A DNA stretch of 54,405 nt, counting the filler, from Sphacelaria rigidula (Eukaryota), in the NCBI GenBank assembly GCA_964200075.2. It is 5 parts of 5 records of this genome, joined end to end, with 100 filler letters (N's around TTAATTAATTAA, not from the genome) between each part and the next. Parts side by side here need not be neighbours in the genome. Positions count along the whole stretch, not along the records: positions 43,606 to 54,405 come from CAXNAA020005889.1; 4 more parts are not named here. One strand, 5' to 3'. The translations under genes were made by a program, and so were the position numbers. Below the pieces are notes generated by a model. That model ran no database searches, was not told the origin of the DNA, and saw only the letters and a list, made by a program, of their open reading frames with translations. Shown here piece by piece: positions 49,705 through 54,405 of the stretch (position 1 is the first letter of the stretch; each line of letters starts with the position of its first letter).

Positions 49705-49989
49705 ATGAGCAGAGTGTCCAGAAGCGATGACGTCCACGACACTCGGCAGAATCAAGCACGGGGGTAGAGCGGTGCGTTGTCCAGACGTTGCCAAGGAAGG
49801 TTCACCATCGCCGCCGCCTCCCTTTGCTCCCTTTCCCCCCTTTCCTTTCTTGTCTGACCCCTTCTCAATGCTCGCCCTCCCTCTGTCTTTACTCTTCGCT
49901 CCCCCTGCCGCCTTGTTGCCGGGTACAACTTTGGTTTTGCTCGCACTTGCCGCCCCATCTCCTTCTGTCTCTTGTGGTACAAGGATTGC
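49705..49989 (-). CDS. SPEF2: SPEF2/CPC1 homologue exon (Lys/Gly-rich; donor position uncertain)
   Basis: AILVPQETEGDG...KKGKGGKGAKGGGGDGEP...LPPCLILPSVVDVIASGHSAH; acceptor TTTGACAG, phase 0. Confidence 0.65.
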
Positions 49990-50204
49990 CTGTCAAACAG
50001 CGAGAGCCGCAGAGACATGCACACTGAAGTATCCTGGGTGAAGCTACTTATCTGTGACTCAAGTTGCACAAGCCGTCAAAATCGGGCGGGTGACACTTGC
50101 GGGTCATACTGAGACCTGTGGTGTGTTGTCACATGCTACCGAACGATCTGAATTCAAGGGTTTTTCAGACGATAGCCGGAAAGGGGATTTATAGTCTTCT
50201 GCAG

Positions 50205-50427
50205 GTGGACGATGTGTAGGATGGCAGTATCTAGTGATGGCCATTTGTTTTTTCACGTCTTAGTCTACTATGTTGTTCTGCTCTACCTCTTCTGTTTCTT
50301 CTTTTTCTTCGGCGACAGTTTCAGTTTCGATTTGTTTTGGGTACGTCTATCATGTGACCACGGCTGGATCATGACTACCTGGGGGGGTCAGTTGAAATGC
50401 GACACTCAAGTCAAATCAAATCAATCA
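50205..50427 (+). mobile_element. RTE 3' UTR fragment, (CAAT)n family
   Basis: TAGTCTACTATGTTGTTCT..CATGTGACCACGGCTG matches the reverse complement of 5557-5665. Ends CAAATCAAATCAATCA. Confidence 0.75.
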
Positions 50428-50568
50428 GTGATCGTTGTTTCCTTCCCTGCCTGCACTGCACTGATTGCAGCATCACAATCTACGGTGTTCAAATTTCGCT
50501 GAACTCTGGGACTGATTGTTTTACATGTGGACGCCTCCCCCCCTCCCCCCACCCCGCCCCTTACTAAC

Positions 50569-50720
50569 CAGGGCCACCGAGTCGTCCTGCAAAACCTCTT
50601 GCACTTTCGCATTGTAGTAGTCATGGAGCATAGAAACTCCAGCGTGGAACCGTTCAACTTCTGCCTGCATGAGCACCATGACGTGATTAAAAGCCATGCC
50701 CTTCTGCCTCTCCACCCATC
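50569..50720 (-). CDS. SPEF2: SPEF2/CPC1 homologue exon
   Basis: WVERQKGMAFNHVMVLMQAEVERFHAGVSMLHDYY matches the SPEF2 block NHxxxLMQAExxRF...LxDYY. Confidence 0.85.
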
Positions 50721-51340
50721 CTGCACCAAGTGTCAACCCGCCACCGAAAAGCAGGGAAGCATACGACAGGATATTGCCAACGACTCAGGGGCATGAGCAG
50801 TGCGTGGGGAGGGGGGCGGAAACATGTTAGCAAAGTGAGATCGTGTCGACAGAAAACCTTTGATATTTTGACACACCCGGACCTTTCATATTCGGCGACT
50901 GTACGCCTTTGAAGCGTTCGGCGAGGAGGGAGATCACAAGTGGCGTGAAGTGCTGCACGACTGCCACTGGGTCGGGTGCAGGTGCAGGTAACTCCTTGAT
51001 TGCAAAGGTGGCGCCGATGAATGAATGGAACAGGAACAGGAATCGTTTTGTTTCCATGAAAAGAGGCCGGACACTGTACCGTGCTTGTCGTTGACATGTG
51101 ACGAACCTCCAACGCACCACGTTGTTGAGACCTACCCCAGAGTGCATTCGTTTAAGTCGGATAAATTGCAGGCACGCTCAGCGGCAGATATGAGCGTACT
51201 CACGGATCAAGTACACGCACGGACCAAGTGGTATTGTATGTCAGCGGGATTACGAGCACGTCTCGCACACTCCAACGTTTATACTTCATACCGCGAGGTT
51301 ACGTCTTGTGGGGGACTCTGCAGAAGCATGCAAGTTACGC

Positions 51341-52189
51341 CTGGGACATGGATATCCGCCTGGAACGTAAAAATCCATATGGGATATCCATCCGATATTT
51401 GAGGTCCGTCTTAGGGATCCATCTACGATATGAACATCCATCTGAGAGGTAGATCCCAATCTGGAGAATGGACGTCCACTTGGGGCGTCCATCTAGGATT
51501 TCCGTCTGGAGCATGCCTTTCCGTCTGAGATGTGCGTATGAGATGCCCATCCGGGATGTCCGATTTGGATGGCGATTTGGGATATCAGTATCGGTCTGAA
51601 CCTGGGATGTACAAGATCGACACACATCTGGGATGCGAGCATCCACCTTGGACATCTCACCTGCTGAGGCAACTTTTGCCGCAATAGCCATTTTTTTCCG
51701 ATGCAGGTTAGAGGTGAGAACCCAACCGAAGCCTAAATTTCAACCGTAACCGTAACTCTGGCCTCGACCCGTGAAAACCTTGTGCAGTGGTGACCATGCA
51801 TCTGGGTCAGCCTCAGCTGGTAGGGCGCCGTGCAGTGTGTACTGGAAAGGAGTAGTTATGGGCTACGGTACGCTGGTAAAGCGCCGTCCAGCGTGCGTTA
51901 GTCGAGCATAGATCTCGGTTGCTGCTGTGGTGCGTTCTTGTTAGGCACCGTGCAGGGTACGCCGGTAGAAAAGGCATCTTGGTTTGGACGCGCTGTGGCA
52001 CCCCGTGCTGCTGTATACGTAAAGATAGATGTCCCAGACAGAGATCGTGATGGATGTAAGATCCCACGTCACCGTCCCAGATGGATGTGAAGCCTCAGGT
52101 GGACATCCTCGACGGATATCTGACACGAATATCGACGACGGGCGTCGAACACCCAAAACGGATATACCAGATGGATTTCCATTCCCCTG
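51341..52189. mobile_element. Non-autonomous DNA element with inverted subterminal CCATCTGGGAT arrays
   Basis: Left array 51341-51665 of degenerate CCATCTGGGAT and right array 52020-52189 of ATCCCAGATGG-like motifs. Imperfect TIR CTGGGACATGGATATCC / GGATTTCCATTCCCCTG. No clear TSD. Confidence 0.6.
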
Positions 52190-52290
52190 ATGCGCTCCCC
52201 GAATGGATATTCGTATGCTAGGCGGAGTTCGCACGATATTGCATGACTATGGGCATGTGTACGTGGAATATCAGGGCAGCAGCTTCTCAC

Positions 52291-52423
52291 CGTCGTCCTT
52301 GATGTCACGTAGAACTCTTCCGGCGGAAGATTTTCGTTCTTCGACGTCGTACCACAGCTTAGATCTACACTCCTCTTCCCGCAGCAGGAGCTCTTTACAC
52401 GCCCGATCGTCGAATCTTAAATC
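52291..52423 (-). CDS. SPEF2: SPEF2/CPC1 homologue exon
   Basis: DLRFDDRACKELLLREEECRSKLWYDVEERK matches SPEF2 DLxxDxxxKxELxxR....LWxxxxxRK. TTCTCAG| acceptor, G|GTGAGA donor. Confidence 0.85.
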
Positions 52424-53101
52424 CTGAGAACCAGTCGGTCGGTTGGATTTCGAGCATGAAAGACGTGGACTGTAAGTACGGACTGTGTTGCTCAACTTAT
52501 GCCCACCATACAAAAGGAAGCCGAGCAATCCTTGTGAGCATATCATGCGTGACCTGTGCCGCACTCTTCAGTTTCGGGTATGGGTAGAATAAGCCCCAAC
52601 CCGTAGTTTTTTACTCAACTTCGCGTTCGAGCTCTCATTTTATCTAATACGCGATGTATGTACTGTCGTTTGAAGGTCGCAATATCGAAAGAAGGAATAG
52701 CGCGGCGCAGCGTGAATCTCTGACCTCATCTCCGCACAGTTAACGCCGAGTACGTGAGCCTGAATATTACTCTCGAGCGGTCGTCTAACAATTTGTACAT
52801 CTCTTAGCAACGTTATTCAAATATTGCGGTCATTTTGGAGAGATGCTTCCGGGCTCCTTCTAGCCCACCCGCGACAACCTCGTGGTCCTCAATTCAACAT
52901 CGAAATATTTGTCAGGAAGCATGGAAACATTGAAACCTCCCAACGGTCATGTAATATGTAGGTATCGAGATAAAGGGAAATGCGTGGGAGCACCCTTGGG
53001 TGATCCCTTATTGAGAGCAACACCATCGCCTGGCTGACTTCTCAAGCACGGCCCCGCCATTGGACTGAATGACATAACGGGTCAATGGTTCTAGCACATA
53101 C

Positions 53102-53248
53102 CTGATCGACGGCATTGACGGAGGAGCAAAAATCAACGAGGATGGTCTGTTTGTTGTCAGGCCTCTCCAGAAACTCGGAAAACCGGTCGCGCAGCCCTCG
53201 CACATGATCAGCAATGAGCAATCGTTGATTTCGCAATTCGCGGAAAAC
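53102..53248 (-). CDS. SPEF2: SPEF2/CPC1 homologue exon (most 5' exon found in the window)
   Basis: VFRELRNQRLLIADHVRGLRDRFSEFLERPDNKQTILVDFCSSVNAVDQ matches SPEF2 FxxFLxRPDxKQ; 147 nt, donor CAG|GTATGT. Confidence 0.85.
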
Positions 53249-53879
53249 CTATCAAACATCGGCAAGTTAATTCGGCAATTGGACAAGAGGCCACGGGCAG
53301 ACAGACAGGTAAATGGAGGCATAGAAAGAGAGTACGTACATATCGCCCAGAATAACGACAAATCTGACCTCGATTTCCTCGTGAACCGCGGCGGCCACGG
53401 CGCAGAACAGTGGCTAGAACTGTAACGTCAGCATGTTTTCGTATCTACAACGTCAGTGGGTTTTGAAACACGAAGTTTCACACCACCGATACGAGGCCCC
53501 GGTCGTGGAGAAACTCGAAGTGGGCTTTGTGGTCCCACCGGGGTGATGTCCTCCGTGACCTGAGGTATTTAACTTCGTGCACAGCGCCAACAATGATACT
53601 GACCCACTCAACCTCTCTGATACCAGTCTCAAAATGCTGCTAGGCATGAACGTTGCGAGTGTTTCGACATCGATATGCTTACGTCACAATTTTTCGACAA
53701 CCTTCCGATCACACAGTTGACAAGGATTGGTAGGGTGGGACCCGCTCAGGGTGTTGTACTTAGCGTTTTGACCGAATTCTCGAAGGTACCAAAACTCTAT
53801 CTTGCCATGCTTTTGCGCACGCGGTGCTTACACCAGGTTGACGCGTTCCCTCCACTGTAGTGCTCGAACTTTGTACGAT

Positions 53880-54298
53880 GCTGGACAAGCTGTGCATGGG
53901 GAAGGCTAATTCGGCCGCCCCCCCAAGCAATGGGAGGATACCCTGAAGGAGAACCTACGTGCGCTAGGGGCTGTCCCGCACAAAGGAGCCCGACGAAAGT
54001 GGTTAGTCTACGGTGTAGAGGTCAACGATGCATACGATTGGGTCACTGCGGCGAAGGACCTGGGCAAATGGCATATTGGAGTCGAAAAGGGGGCGAAAGA
54101 TTTTGAGGACACGTGGCGACGGGCGGACAAGCGAGAATCAGACTGACGTCACAAGCAAGAGGCTGCTACGTCGAGGGCTGCCAGTCGGAAAATCCTGTCC
54201 TTTCACATCGGTTGTTGATTATGTCCTTAGTCGGTGGCTCCGCGGTGCCCACTGGTGTGTGTCTGTATCTACTCTGCTGCCATGAATCCCTTAGGCCC

Positions 54299-54334
<36 letters not shown>

Positions 54335-54405
54335 CTTTCTTTTTCTTCCCATCGTTTCATTGTTTTTTATTTCATTTTATTTCATTTTATTTGCTTTGTA
54401 CTTTC
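53880..54405 (+). mobile_element. RTE LINE 3' fragment (runs off the window)
   Basis: RPPKQWEDTLKENLRALG...WVTAAKDLGKWHIGVEKGA; homologous to 5950-6400 (reverse complement). Confidence 0.88.

Noticed and set aside
32705-54405. Gene cluster linking zf-CW, patatin and SPEF2
   Set aside because: SPEF2 is on a different contig. zf-CW and patatin are neighbours, but nothing suggests a shared function.

Overview
This window is eukaryotic and repeat-rich, roughly 50% GC by eye, and most likely from a brown alga (Phaeophyceae). That assignment is inferred from long GT-AG introns with short exons, a flagellar SPEF2/CPC1 homologue, RTE LINEs with (CAAT)n and (CAA)n tails, TTAGGG-type motifs and a Phaeovirus-like relic. 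It is not one locus: five contigs (10802, 10801, 10801, 10801 and 10800 bp) are joined by an artificial 100-bp N44-TTAATTAATTAA-N44 linker. Four spliced host genes can be reconstructed in part, all on the minus strand: an orphan single-pass membrane protein, a CW zinc-finger protein, a patatin-like phospholipase and SPEF2/CPC1 (8 exons). The rest is decayed RTE LINEs, tRNA-derived SINEs, many MITEs, a foldback and tandem repeats. The three most interesting signals are (1) a decayed intronless LamG + FN3 gene resembling Phaeovirus proteins at about 22.5-23.9 kb, (2) a TG...CA mini-transposon with a 5-bp target duplication carrying telomeric repeats, and (3) a modular repeat family whose end modules and cassettes are swapped at poly-C/poly-G junctions. 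Most ORFs in the supplied track are spurious, and no database searches were run.
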